DNA of 64,000 bases, from contig NC_042997.1 of assembly GCF_006345805.1 (NCBI RefSeq), forward strand, positions 169,756,001 through 169,820,000, written 5' to 3'. This stretch comes from Octopus sinensis. Lineage: Eukaryota. Shown here in pieces: positions 34,931-49,799 of this stretch (positions are counted from its first letter, which is position 1; every line of letters begins with the position of its first letter). The notes below the pieces were generated by a model. It worked only from the letters and a program-made list of their open reading frames with translations, ran no database searches and was not told the origin of the DNA. The translations under genes were made by a program, and so were the position numbers.

Positions 34931-37061
34931 TAGATAATAAACAATTATTAACTTCCTAATCTCAATTTTCTTTTATTCTCTTAAATGGATATAAACTATA
35001 TATATATTAAAGGAACCCTTCAGTCATGAATGACCATAGGATTGCACCTAAAAACTAACCCTCTGAGGCACAAGTCTGGGCAAGATTGTTTATAGAAGAC
35101 CAGCAGTCCTCTCTCCATGCCACCAATGTTATCTAAGGGTGAGGCAAAGGCTAATACAGCATGGCACCAGTGACATTGCAACTCATTTCTACAACTGAGT
35201 GAACTAGAGCAATGTGAAATAAAGTGCCTTGCTCAAAAACACAGCACACAGCCCAGTTCAGGAATTGTACTCAAAGGGCTTCTCCCTGTAGGTGACGGCA
35301 GATTTTATGATGTTTGTGTACAAAGTGTGATGTTGCATGGTAGTGAGACATAGGTATTGAAATGCAGAGGATGTGTGATGGCGGGAAAGAAATGAAGTGA
35401 GCATTCCCCACTGAATGTATAATAAAAATAAAATAGGCAGCAAAGGAATTGATCATTGTTTAGAGATATGCAATTTGTACATATATAAGTGCAGACATAC
35501 CTGAGTGATAAGAAGCTTGCTTCCAAGTTCAGTACAACTGTATGGACTCACACCGACCAAAGCCTTGTGAGTGGATTTGATTGACGGAAACTGAAAGAAG
35601 CCCATCATAACATCGCCTTACTGGCACCTGTGCTGGTGGCATGTGTAAAAAGATTTGAGCGAGGTCGTTGCAAGTACCGCCTGACTGGCCCCTGTGCTAG
35701 TGGTACGTAAAAAGCACCCACTACACTCTCGGAGTGGTTGGCATTAGGAAGGGCATCCAGCTGTAGAAACTCTGCCAAATCAAGATTGGAGCCTGTGCAG
35801 CCATCTGGTTCACCAGCCCTCAGTCAAAATTACCCAACCCATGCTAGCATGGAAAGCGGATGTTAAACGATGATGATGATGATATATGTGTGTGTGTGTG
35901 TGTGTGTGTATAGATGTATATGTATATATTGTGTATGTCTTTGTGCTTGGCAACTGGTGCTGGTGTGTCTATACCCCGTAATGTAGTAGCTTGGCAAAAG
36001 AGATCAATAAAATAAGCACCAGGCTTAAAAACAAAAAAATACTGGGGTTGATTCATTCAACTAAAAATTCTTCAAGTGCCCCAGCATGGCCTCAGTCTAA
36101 TAACTGAAACAAATTAAAAGATAAAAGGTGTATGTGATGTACAAGGGGTGTGGGGCATAGCCAAGTGATAAAAAAGTTCAATTTGCAGTTATGAAATCCT
36201 AGGTTTTATCCCAGTGCACAATATCTGGAGCAAGTGTATTTTATCCATAGACACATTACCATTTGTTATTAACTGCGTAACATGTACCCATCACAGCAAA
36301 GTGACTAGGAAAGCAAAAGATGCTTTTGTGTGACACACAACCTGAAACCTCTCTCTTCTCTTAAACTGCAGTTAAACTTAGGTTGACCCACGCTTTGAAC
36401 AAAATTCAGTTGATGGAAACTGTGTGGAAGCCTAACACATGGACTGTACCAGTGGTTTCAATGAGCCAACCTTGACACACACTGTGTTGCAGTTATTCTG
36501 GTGAGGATGATATGAAGGTATACTTGTGTATGACATTGTTCCATTTTACTTTCTTTATTAGGCCATGTGGATAATTAGCTTACTTCTTGTACTCTAAATT
36601 TTAATAATTTCTTACTTTCTCATGTTCAGAAGAACTATCATTTCAAAACAGGTGGTTCAGCAAATATCTAGAAACTGTATGATCTTCACCAATAAAAATT
36701 ATCTATGCCTTAAACAGGATATATAGCAGTAGTTGCTTGAATTTTTCTATCCAATTGTAACATATTACTCTAAATAATTTTTTAAAATTAATTATAATTT
36801 GGGAAATAGTTTTACATTAATTATATGCAGATGTTAAATACTGTATAATCAGCTAATTACTACTTGATTATTGCTTTGTTAATAAATGCTATGTATGATT
36901 CAGCTAAATAGGAATAATTCATCTAAAAGGCTAAATATAAATAACATAACCAGAAAGTTTAAGAATATGTTAATTTAAGCTTATTTTTAATCATTTACAA
37001 AAAAGAATTATCTCAAATATCAAAGGATTTACAAGAAAAAAAATATATATATAATCAACAT

Positions 37062-37415
37062 AGGCGCAGGAGTGGCTGTGTGGTAAGTAGCTTGCTTACT
37101 AACCACATGGTTCTGGGTTCAGTCCCACTGCGTGGCACCTTCTATTATAGCCTCAGGCCGACCAAAGCCTTGAGTAGATTTGGTAGATGGAAACTGAAAG
37201 AAGCCCGTCGTATATATGTGTTTGTGTGTTTGTCCCCCCAACATCGCTTGACAGCCGATGCTGGTGTGATTACGTCCCCGTAACTTAGCAGTTTGGCAAA
37301 AGCGACCGATAGAATAAGTACTAGGCTTACAATGAATAAGTCCTGGGGTTGATTTGCTCGACTAAAGGCGGTGCTCTAGCATGGCTGCAGTCAAATGACT
37401 GAAACAAGTAAAAGA

Positions 37416-37446
<31 letters not shown>

Positions 37447-37447
37447 T
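37062..37447 (+). mobile_element. tRNA-derived SINE (family A), full length; another copy at ~58238-58625 (+)
   Basis: Pol III A-box-like TGGCTGTGTGGT, B-box-like GGTTCAGTCCC, body ..GTCAAATGACTGAAACAAG, (TAAAAGAG)/(GA)n tail. Confidence 0.9.
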
Positions 37448-40400
37448 AACATGTGTAAACCTATAGGAATAGTATAGGTTTTTATATAATGTTAAATATC
37501 TTCACTACTGCTGCATTACCCTCAGCCTAATATTTCTAATGTCATAATGACAATTAACAGATATCTCTACTTAAAAACATGAATCACATAAATTCCCTAT
37601 GACAGTTTTGATGTTATTCATTATATTTATTGTAATTATTGAAAGTAGTTCCTGTTCAGAATCAACCCTGAACATATTGTACATATTCTAATTAACTTCC
37701 CTTTTTGGCTGACACTCAGAAATAATTTGTTCGTATTTTTATTTTTGTCATTAGCATTATGAGTTTGTTATTCTTATGTCAATACAGAGTAGCTTTTCCA
37801 ATAATATCTTGACATCAAATAACACATTCATCTGATAATCTTGTGAGTTTCATTTCAAGTATATTTTTGAAGGAAAAAAAAAAACAAAAATAAATATTCT
37901 CTTGCTTCACTATGGACAATTTTGACAATTCGTTTACATTTATTCAATTTTGCATTTGTCATTGCTCTCTGAAAGATAACTTGTTGGAAAATATATCAAA
38001 TATTGTTTACAGAAATATATTCTGATATTCAATAGTAGTTGTCAGGTCTCTTATCTGTTTCCAATGTTTCTTCTATATCACTACTGCTTCTCAATGGAAC
38101 TTTTGATCTGAACATGTTTGCTTCATTGTAAATCTACAAATGTTAAATGAAAATATTATGAAAATATAGATTCTTGCACTTATATATATTGATTTCTTAA
38201 AATCAAAATGTAGATTGCTTTAGTATGCTTTACCAATTGTCTAATTCTTTTGTTTCCATTTATATTTATAGAACTAATTAATCAACTCTAATTTATTCAC
38301 AATAATATATGTAGAGTGTGTGAAAATATAAGTGAAATGTATCATCACCATCGTTATTGCTTTAATCCATATTTCCATGCTTGCTTGAGTCAGACAAAAT
38401 TTGTTGAGGCAGATTTTCTACACTGCACCAGATGTTATTCCTGGTTGCCAACCCCCACCTGTTTCCAAGCAAGGTAATATCCCCCAACTAGTTCCTTAGA
38501 CATGAACAGCACAATGGTTGGAAACATCTTCACAGAAGATTGCAAATGAATGATATCACTTATATGTTTGTTTATAATTAGAGTCAAAACAAAGGAGCAC
38601 AAATACATGCACCACACACACGCGTGTGCGTGTGCATGCATGCATGCATGCATACATACATACATACATACATACAATGTGTGTGTGTGTGTGTACGAGT
38701 TTTCTTTTAGTTTCTGTCTGCCAAATCCACTCACAAGGCTTTTACCAGTCCAGGGTTATAGTAGAAGACAGTTACTCAAGGTGCCTCACAGTAGGACTGA
38801 ACCCAAAACCACATGTATGCAAAGTAAGCTTCTTAACTATAGGGTTATGTCTGTACCTACAGAAGGTACTTACCAAAGTTGATGCACAGTGGGACTGAAC
38901 CTGAAGTTTCTTAATCATACAGCCATATTGCACCTATAAAGAAAACTTGTTTACGTGGTTTACTCAGAGGTGGAAGGTTAGATGCAATGCCCCAGACATT
39001 TTTCAGGGGCTTCGGACTAGTGTGAAGAAAGTTATCCTTAGATCAGAGATTTGACCTGAATCCTTGCCATGCAGTGGACTCAGTTAAAGTTACTCTAGGA
39101 TATGGTGGTGATCTTAAGCCAGGCAATAAATAGTTTAAGACCACTGCCTTTGAGTAGAAATTTTTATCATTTAACATTTTACTTGTTGGACTGTGGCCAT
39201 ATTGGATCACTGCATTGCAGTTTAGTCAAAAAATTTGCCTTAGTATTCTTTCTTTTTAAGGTCTGATATCAGTCTCTGGTTTGCTTATATCCCTATAACT
39301 AAGTATGTTTTTACATACTTAGTTACAGGCATATAAGCAAACCAACACTGGTTGTCAAGCAGTGGGGGTTCATATGCATATACTATGGGCTTCAGCACAG
39401 TTTCTAACTAACAAGTTCACTTGCAAGGCATTGATCAGCTTAAGATTATAGTAAAAGACACCCAAGGTGTCGTGTGATGGAACTAAACCTGAGATCACAT
39501 GGTTGCAAAGTGAGCTACTTAACAACCCAGCCATGCCTGTGCCTCTGCAGGTTTTCCATCTACAAAATTTCACTCTTCTACTTTCATTGATCTGAACTTA
39601 CAGTAGAAGACATTTGTCCAAGACTACACAGAATGGGATTGAACCCACAGCCACTTCTTAAACACAGCCATGCTTGAGATAATATGCGAAAATCTTAATA
39701 AAAAACAGACAAGTAATTGTGTGCCTATAACTGTCTAGAATTAGACAAATCAGTTATTGAAAATTTGTCAGAGTGGTTTGTATTTCTATGCACTTGAAAC
39801 AGAAATTTACTTAAATTTGAAATCTTTATTTTATATACTAAACTGATTGTTTGGTATTATTTTAACCAGTAGAAAGTCAAGTTAAGTTCAGATACATTTT
39901 GCTACTAGGTGTGTTTATACTCAATGAAGAAATATATTTCATATATGATTGTCCTTGCCATTACATAAGGTTAGAAAAAGTTACTATGTAGAGTAAATTT
40001 TGTCTTATATACATTTAGCAGAAAATTTCTCGGGTGTGGCAAGTGATTGGTATTGTAGTATAAAATCAAATGTCAACAGATGTATGTCGGTGTAGAAAAG
40101 TATACTAGTCTTCAGTACTAGTAAGGGAAAGCTAGCAGCAATTGCATTATTATTTGTATGTACAAGATATTGGAGATCGTGACCAGCAAGAAAAAAAATT
40201 TCAATACATTGTCTGAATGATCTAATTATAGAGTCAAAGCTGAAATATAAGGTCAACTAGTTGATCAGATGTAAGGAAAATGTTAATGATGCCTGGACAA
40301 ACATGGAGATATGTAGTCATTAAGTCTACACATTAAGCTATCAGTGAAAGTGTAGTTATTTCTATGTAATTGATGTGTAAACAGTTATTATTAAGTGATT

Positions 40401-40686
40401 TGTTCTTGTTAAAATGGTTGACAAGAATAATTAATTTGTTGAGTATGCCATATTATCATAGGTTGTAAAAATCAACTTGTAAATCTGAGTGAAACTCCAG
40501 TTACTGCTCATAGAATTATGGTTATCTTGTTAATAATCTCTACAGTACTACAATAGTTTATTGTAGTTTAGTAGTTTGTCATTGTATTTGCAATGAATAT
40601 ATTTCATTGCACTCTATGTTGCAATAATGGTATTCACACATGTGCTTTTCCTCGACTTTGTCCTTCTCTGGACCTTTCCTTTCTCC

Positions 40687-40722
40687 TTTTTCTGATGAAG
40701 AGCTTTGCTCAAAACAAAAAAA
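40687..40722 (+). ncRNA. Degenerate hammerhead motif within a small pyrimidine-rich element (~40560-40820)
   Basis: TTTT-CTGATGA-A-GAGC-TTT-GCTC-AAAA-CAAAAAA. Core and 4-bp stem II are intact; G12 and the cleavage triplet are lost (CG>CA-type changes). Confidence 0.4.
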
Positions 40723-40831
40723 CCCAATCTTTTTTCCACCCTTATTGAGGATCAAGCTAAAGCATTCCATATGTACATCCTTTTGTTGTTTTGTTATTTG
40801 CTATTTTTTATGTTCTATTTTACTCTATATA

Positions 40832-41650
40832 CAGGGTGCGATGAATAAATTGTCATCTAAATTACGCAAAAATGAAAATAAGACTAACATCTCATTTTAA
40901 CAGATATATTTACCAAAATTACATAAAAATATCATGAAATACTAATGAGTAAATTTACTCAATAAAATTGCCATTGGCTTCAACTACGGCCACCAGACGA
41001 CTTCGGAATCTCCTGCAACTCTTCTGGATGGTCTCCTTGTTTAAGTTGGTGAATGCTACCATAATCCTTGCCTTCAGTTCATCTTTGGTGTTACAAGGAG
41101 TTTTGTTGGTCTCTCACTCAGCTGCACCCCACACATAATAATCATGTGGGGTTGTAGTCTGGGGAGTTAGATAGCCAGATGTTAGGGGTGATATGGTCGC
41201 AGAAATTGTCTGACAGCCATGACTGGGTTTTCCTGTTTGTGTGGCATGATACAGAGTCCTGTTGCCAGACATAGGGTCTTCCATCAGCCACCCTCTTGAC
41301 CCAGGGCAGCACTACCTCCTCCAGGCACTTATGTAGGCCTCCATGTTGAGTGTGAGGCCATGTGGGAAGATGAATGGAGACATAACATCACCATCACTAG
41401 TGATCACTCCAGACACCATGATGTTGACTGATGTTTGATTTTTATCACTCTCAGTACATGCTTTGGGGATACAGCAAGCCAATGGTTGTTCTGTGTGTTC
41501 ACCATCTGATTCTGACAGAAATTTTTCTCGTCTGAGAAAAACCAAAGCATGTTTGGTTGGATGGAATGCTTCAGTTTGTTCAAAAGCTTCATGGTGTGGT
41601 CTTTCCCCTTGTCCTTGATGGCTTGGGATAAAAATTGGCCCTTTCTCAGA
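40832..41650 (-). mobile_element. maT (DD37D) transposon relic, 3' two-thirds
   Basis: TA-CAGGGTG terminus at 40830-40838. Minus strand FFSDEKNF..., YVWQQDS..WLSNSPDYNP.DY, with 37 residues between the second and third Asp after correcting one frameshift. Confidence 0.82.
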
Positions 41651-43404
41651 TTGTGTGTGTGTGTGTGATGTGAAGTAGCAATAACTCAATAGTAATAGTA
41701 AATAAGAAAGACATAACATGGTGATGCACATACACCTACAGACTACTGTGTAATAGTACACAAACAACATAATAGAAAATTTTTATGATGAAGCACAAAC
41801 ATATGTTGATATGGATTAATATCTGAAAACAGAGTTCAGCTGTGTAATGGACTGGGAAGAAACTGTTTCTAAACCTGATGTTTTCGGCTCCAATCCACCT
41901 GTAGCATTTACCAGATGACAGCAAAGTGTATGGTTTGATTGGAACAACTATAATCTAAAATGATTTTGTGTTTGCTTTAGATGTAGCTCTGGTAGATTTT
42001 CTTTATGGATGGAAATGGAATATGCTTGATATCAATGCACAGTTTTCACCATCTCCTGAAATCTTTTGTTGTCTGATCTCAAGTTGATGCCATATCATAT
42101 AGCAATGCACTTAGATATAGGTGCCCTTACTTGTGAATTGGTTGAAGCTGAAGAATATACGAGAAGGAAGTTCTGCTGAGTATCGAGTAAAAAATTTGTG
42201 CGACTAGAGAGATAATAACATTTGCTAAATAGCATACAAGTACACCAAATATTTGAGTAAAGCATTTTATGTGAAAGAAGATGCTTCAGCGAATAAGAAG
42301 TTCATTTCGTTTCCATAATGTATTGGTTGACACTAAGGGCATTTAGCTATAAATCGCTTTCTAAATATATAAAGGTTTAAATTGATAGATGAATCCATTT
42401 TGGTTATCCATCTTTCAAATTAATAGGGAAATGTTGATAGAAAATAAATATCTAGAAATATCAGAAAACCTATAAGATTATAGAGGTATTTAGAGAATTA
42501 TCTAGATGCTATTTTGTGGCAGTTTGTTAGATATGTTGGTATATGACTAGAGTTGTTTATTCTTTGTATTTAAATATTTTAAGAAACATTTAACTGCATT
42601 TTGTACATAATTTCTGACACATTAATGTTTGCCAGGGATATGTTTGAGAGGGTGCTAAAGATTTATTTTTCTTAGAAATAACTGTATTTGGATAATCTAG
42701 TTTCTGTAGTAAAATGAATTAAAGAAGTATGAAAAATTAGTGGGATGAGAAACTAGACAAATTTGAAAATGAAACTAGTTTCCATAAATTTTTTTATGCA
42801 GTGGTATCATTGTCACCATCTAATTTTCCATGCTTGGGAGCATAGTTTTCTGTAATTGGGTACCTTTCCTGTTGCCAAATGAAGTAATAATAATCTCCCA
42901 GTCTATCAAGCAACAAACAACTCAAACATACTAATGTGGAGAACTAAAAACCAATGATACTTTAATGAATCTTTTGTTTACAAAGGCTAGTTTCATGTAA
43001 AGAAACCCAGGCATGTTTTCTTGGTAGACTGTGAGCAAATGACATTATTAGGTAAGCCATTGTTTGCAACTAATGAGTGAAACATGTGACAAGGGAAATA
43101 TGAAATCATTCACATAGATACATACATATGCATACAATAGGCTTCTTTCAGTTTCCATCTGCCAAATTCACCCGCAAGGCTTTGGTGTTGACCCTGGTCT
43201 ATAGTAAAAGGCACTTGCCCAAGATGCTACACAATGGAACTGAACCCAAGACCATTTGGCTGGGAAGCAAACTTCCTAATTACAGCCATGTCTGTGCCTA
43301 ATTCAGTATAGTAAATTGAAGTTTGTAATTCATTGCAAAAAGTGTTGGGTCATTTTAGGTTTGTTTTAAGCTCATTAATACAGCATATATGTGTGAGTAA
43401 TACA

Positions 43405-44040
43405 TGTAATAATAATAATAATGCTTTCAAATTATGGCACAAGGCCGGCAAGTTCAGTGAAGTGATAAATCAATTACATTGACCCCAGTTTTCAACTGGT
43501 ACTCTTTTTCTCTACCCTGAAAGGATGAAAGGTAAAATCAAACCCAGCACTAATCTTTTTGTCTGATGTGCTAACAATTCTGCCAGCTCACTGCCTTAAA
43601 GTAGTAGTAGTAGTAATGGTTTCAAATTTTGGCACTAGGCCAGCAATTTTGAGGGAGGGGTAAGTTGATGATATCAACCCCAGTGTTCAACTGGTACTTA
43701 TTTTATCAACCCTGAAAGGCAAAGTCAACCTCAGTGGAACTTGAACTCAGTAATTGATCAGAGAGGCTGTATCTGTGTAAGAAGCAATAGTTAGGTTAGT
43801 GTTAGCATAGTATCAAAGATCTAATTAGAAATACTTATAGGTGAGGTAAAGATAATATTAAGCTCAGTGACTTCATCATCATCATCATTATTTAATGTCC
43901 GTTTTCCATGTTGGGCGGTTTGACTGAGGTCTGGAGAGCCAGTGGCTGCACCAGGTTCCAATCTGATCTGGCAATGTTTCTATAGCTGGATGTCCTTCCT
44001 AATGTCAACCACTCCGAGAGTTTAGTGGGTGCTTTTTATG
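43405..44040 (-). mobile_element. Two stacked family-C SINEs (~43405-43750) followed by a family-B fragment (~43875-44040)
   Basis: Same motifs as the 8021-9150 cluster and the 30361 tail. Confidence 0.7.
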
Positions 44041-46639
44041 TTATTTTAATCATTTTGATAAATTCAAGTGACAATCAATTTTGGACATGTTTTAGTTGTA
44101 TTAGACCTCAGCAAAGCACTGTAATTAACCTTGGTCTTTCTTTTATTTTTTTTTAATATGCTAATGTTTCACTTCTGTTTATGTAGAATGTTGTACATCT
44201 AGTTACTGATTCTCTCATTGCTGCTGTGGTATTATTGGAACAGTGGTCTCATTAGATCTTCATTTAGAAGGTCTAATAATACTGAAACCTAACCTGAATT
44301 ATCTTCCATAAATACTGAAGGATTAAAATGATATTAGTCATTGAGTTAATGTTGTTTTTTTCCGCAATGCATAATTCTTTCTAATTAGATTTTTTATGCT
44401 TGCTAAAATAAATATATTGACACTAAATTAATATATGATGTCAAATACTAGATGTATCATGATGCTGGAGCTAGTACTACATAAATACTTTTACTTAATA
44501 GCTAGAATAAATATTTTCTATATTGACAGATATTGTTTAGTACAACCCTCTCTTTCGCGAAATATATCTATTATTATTTATTTTGCATGTATTTGAAATA
44601 TAGTATTGCAACACAATAAAATTGTTTAGGAAAAGCTGAGAAACATATAAAGATCAAAGAAAAACAGAATGGATATGAGGGATAAGTTTTAACATGGTAA
44701 GATGTAACTAGTTATTAAAAATACCAAGTGATGTTTTCCCAAAAGAATGCACTATGAATGAATAGATTACACATTGGTGGTGGAAGCTAAGCAATCACTC
44801 TCTCCAATAGAACTATAAAAGATTGCTTTTGCTGGTTATCAGAAACATCTTATGAAATTGACAAAGGAGAATTTGAAGTTGTGTTTTTCATTACATAGTT
44901 CCAAATAAATTTTGATGTAAAGAAAAAAAAAATCATTGTTATAATGCACGTGTATATTTCTGGAGGGTAAATTTCATTGTGACTTGGGTAAAGAATTACT
45001 TCATACAGCTATTATATTAGAAAGAAAATTGATTTTATGTGAAATGAATAATTATAGAAATAAGCTAGTTTTGGGAATCAATGTATTAAAGCAAACAGTA
45101 AGCTGCCTTTTCAATGACACAAGAGTTATGTTTATTTTCAGCTTAAATCTAATGCTATTTTGTTTCTCTTTGTAAGCTTTTCAGCAGTTGACAACATCTG
45201 GTGTTACAGAAGGGTTTCTATGAGTAATCTGTTTATTTTGTGGTTGATATCTAATCTCTTGCCACAACTTATAAAATAAAGGAAAGAAAATATATTTTGA
45301 CTTTACAAGAAATTGTATTGAAAATAATTATATTTTGAGGAGAAATATTTGTTAAGTGTATTAAGCTGAAAATTGATTCACTCCTATTGTGTTCAAAATA
45401 TGACAATTTAAATGATTTTTATTCATTTCATTTATGCATAACTCGTGTCAGAATAATGTGAAGCATAAATGTACCCAATCACAAACTTCATTATATAAGA
45501 TTCATAAATTTAGCACTTGGTTTCAAAGATTTTCACCATAACAATTTTAGCTCAAAACTAAAAGTTACTGAAAAGTTCATTTTTATTGTGGAAACATTAT
45601 AGTCAGTTGACCTAAAATCATTTAGCAACCAACAAAATTTTTATTTGTATGCAAGCTATTTTCCTCAAGTTTGATAGAAATGAACTTTTTCATCATCATT
45701 ACATTCAATTTTACAACCATTTTCCTAGACATTAATTTAGTTTGTATAGTTGCTTCCTTGTCATTTATGTATTTTTTGCTTGTTTTTGTTTTGTCTCTTG
45801 AGAATTTCAGTATGTTTTTAAGATTGATTTGAACTACATCTTTCATGATTCTGTTAATTAATTGCAATCTCCACACAGTGCTGACATATACATTTTCTTC
45901 ACTACCCTTAATTTTGATTTCAGCATGTATTTTTTTTTTAATTATTTATCAAGCTAGACCGTTATTTCATTCTTCTCATATCACTTGCACACTCCTTATT
46001 CAGACCCAACATAGGCAGTATTATAAAATATTAATGTTTGATTCCACTTTCATTTATTAATGTTATCAAATACTGAGAGTTGATTTAATCAGTTATCTTT
46101 CTCCTCAAAATGTGTGGCCTTGTGCCAATGCTCAGAATGAATATTAAATATACTACCAACTACTTTACTATTATTTATAATGTGAATAGCTCCCCTACCA
46201 TTTGGTTTCAAGTTCAGTCCTACTACATGGTACCTTGGGTAAGTGTCTTCTACTATAACCCCAAACCAGTCAGAATCTTGATAGTGGATTTAGTAGAGAA
46301 AACTGAAGGAAGCCTGTAGCTATGTAAGAGCAAGGGGAATGTTTGTATCTCCTTGTCATGGCATCACGTAATGGTTGTGAATGAGCATTGCCATCGTACA
46401 AGCAGTGTCCTTTGTTTCCAATCTTCCATGAAATGATATTCAGCTATGGAGAAATACTACCTTGCTCAAAAACAGATGAGATTTGGTGACAGGATGGGTA
46501 TCCTGCCATAAAAAATTTGCCTCAAAGCAAACGTTGAAAAGTGTATGTTAAAACAGTGATGATCATGAATAACATCTCAAAATTTTGGTAACTTCCTAGC
46601 AGATTGCTTGTGTTGATGGAGCTCTTTCTATCCCACACT

Positions 46640-47660
46640 ATATCAACTTTAGTGTGCCACAAACTTTAGTGTTGCCCCTCACTCTTCTTTCTACTTGTTG
46701 CCACTTCCAACAATATGCAATCTTATACAGATGACACTTCTTTTCATTTCTTCCTAATATTCCTGAACCATGCATTATCTACATGCAACTTAGATACTGT
46801 AAGCCAAACTCATACTGAACATTGATTTTCAGTGGAAATATGCCAGTCTTATTGCTTTCAATAAAATAACATTAACACTACTCTCCTGATGATCCCATAC
46901 ACTTGCTGGCTTCCGGTATGTGGAGTTCTGGACTGGTAGCACTTGCATGTGCAAGTTGTTTGCAAGACATTTACAATAAGAAAACATTAACACTACTCAC
47001 ATCCAAAAAATATCATCATATCACATCACCACCCTTTAATCATCAACAACACTTGCATTGAACTCAAAATCTCTCCAATTGTTGAGTCTCACTATCATTG
47101 TGGATCTCTCCTGACAAAAGCACATCCTGAATATAGCTAGGACCACATTCCAATGGCTGGCCCTTCCTTTCAGGGCCAGAAGATTCTTTAGTCTCCCCAC
47201 CCCCCACCCCCATCAATTATTGTTACTCTACAAGGCTCAGGTGAGACCTGTGGAGTATTGCTCTCATATCTGGGACAGAGCTACTGTTACACAAGTACCT
47301 TTGACTGCATCTAGAGAAGTGTCTCCCAATTGACTAGCATAAAGTCACTCACAAACTAATTCTGGTTTCTGGTTCACAGCCCACTTGTATTCTCTATGCC
47401 TTTTCTACTGCTACTATAATGACCTCTTCTCTTTAGAGCTGGCTGCACTTACGTCACGTCCACTCAAGCATTTCCATCCTACTCATCTCTTCTTTCCCAA
47501 CCCTAACTTTAACCCTAACCTTTGATTTGTCCAACTCCAAGTCCTGTACTAATCACTGCACTCAATCTTCCCTTGCTAGAACACCAGCCTTCAACAACTC
47601 CCTGCTTACTCTGATCTTTTATTCTTCTTCCCTTCCTAGAACATTGGCTCTCTAGAACTC
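46640..47660 (+). mobile_element. CR1-like LINE 3' relic
   Basis: LYKAQVRPVEYCSHIW at 47226-47273; YTDDTS-like remnant near 46725. Confidence 0.75.
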
Positions 47661-49799
47661 CTTATCTGCTCAGGTTTTTCTAACATGCTTTGAATTAAAA
47701 AGGTTCAAAAAGGAACATTTGTGGCATCAGTCTTACCAATCTAGGAGGGCCTGCATATTCTATGGGCACTCACTACCCCTTTCTTCAGACCAATTACATG
47801 TTTTAAAAAATCTCGGAATTAGTTATGTGTATAAATTTCTGTGTATTTACATAGTAATTTATTTGGCAGCACTTTGGCCAGTTTCAATAAGAGGCTATTT
47901 TTTTTCTTGATGATCTATAAGGCATAGAATTATTTGTCATACTTAACTCACAAATTAAAAAAGTACCTGGGTCATTTTCTTTCACTATTTAATTTACAGC
48001 TAAATTTTTAATGTTCCAAGCATTAGATATGATTTCATCAGTCAATCATTATCTTGTAATTAATTTCATTATTAGTTTAGAGCAGATTGAGGTGTGTTGA
48101 TGCAGTCTATAGGAAGCTGGATTAGTTTGGTGCATTGTTGTTTTGAGTTCAATTTATGATGGTCAAATTTGCATTTGGGCCTTCCAGAATTGATAGAAAT
48201 AAATATTAGTAATATTAGATTTAATTCTATTATCAATACAGCTCCCTAGCAGTATTGATAATCGAATTAAACCTAGCCTTATACCTAATCAAAATACATA
48301 AATCTTTCAACTTCTTCCAGCCATGACCAAACTCTTGCCTCTTTTCATACCTCAAAGGTTAGGAGAATAACTATTGTATAAATTGTTTCATAGTGTGAAA
48401 TTATCAATTGTATGCAGCATTTTGAATAAGAAACTAAATAAATACAATTTGATAAACATAAAAAACTAGTTTAAGCATGCACTTGAAATTGTTATTCAAA
48501 AAAGGATGTAAAGAAGCAGCTACAATTCTTAGCAGACACTGAATTGTCCATATTTAACATCTTCATAATGATTTTCTTTCTAATACTGTACATGTTGATT
48601 TTAGATATACTTATGTCAATATAAGATATTGACCTCATGAGGATGCATCATATTAAATCTATAAATTGATGCAAATATATTTTTCTTTTATTCTCTCCAT
48701 CTTTATTCAGATTCATTCTTTTATATTTATTCATACAGCTCCATCCTTTTTGCTGTTCAGATTACATAATGAAATATCATTTTTGTAATTATATATTAGA
48801 TATATCAGATGTGCTTAAGTGGCTGCATGTGAAAGTAGATATGAGCTAAAAAAAATATAAACTTTTTGGATGCTTCCCTGAAAGTAATTGATCTAGTTCT
48901 CCTGTCAAGTGATATAATTAGCACTGGGGATGGTTCTAAGGAAAGCTTATTCACTAGAGTGTGAATGTAGTAAAAGAATTTCAGCTAAATACAAGTAAGC
49001 TCTATTGGCATCATCTTTTTTTTTTTTTCTTTTATGGGGTGTATTTTGTTAGCCTTTAACCTTAAGAAGGTAGGGAAAAGATTTTTATGGCTTAGTCCAA
49101 TGGAGAACTCATATAGTTCATGTTGAACTTGAACATCTATCAGTTGATGTAGGCAGAAAAAGAATTCTAAATATTGACACAGAGGAAAAAGATAGACGGG
49201 AGGTTTTACTGCTGATTCTAGTTGGAGGATTAACCATACAGAGCAGCAGGGTGTAACAAACAATCCATGGGGCTAGATCAGGCCTGTGGCATATTTTAGT
49301 CTGGGTTCCCAGCTCAGTTTTATATTTCTTTTTTGGTTTTAAAATATTCTGTAAAATATTGCAATATCAGTTTTGATTTGTTAAATCAGTGCTTTTATCA
49401 ACTCAGACAGTGGACAAGAAGTTTATGAATCCATACATTAAAAGATATGTCCCATTTCTCTCCCAGGCATTCCTCTTTTTGTCACCTTATTTTGTCCTAT
49501 TCCAAACACTGCACTAGACACTATGCTCAGTCTTTCCTTTTTGAAACATCAACTATGCACAGTGAACAAAATAATTTTTTTGTGTTTTTTTGTTTTCACC
49601 TCTCAGCTTTACACATGCCCTTCCAAAAGGATATCTAGTTATATGAACAAAAGGGAAAGGTTTTGCAGCTGAAACAGTGCTAGTTTTTAATCAAGTTTTG
49701 CTTTTCTCAAGAACTATGCCTTCATTTTATCAATTCCAATCTTCATTCACACTTTAAGGTTTCTTACCCAACAGGACTATATACATACATACACACACT

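Noticed and set aside
45622-45876. Lys-rich 84-aa minus-strand ORF with a possible acceptor before the ATG near 45847
   Set aside because: No recognisable domain or partner exons; needs RNA-seq.
47500-47525. Telomere-like CCCTAAC..TAACCCTAACC
   Set aside because: Only two to three imperfect units inside a LINE relic; not an interstitial telomeric array.
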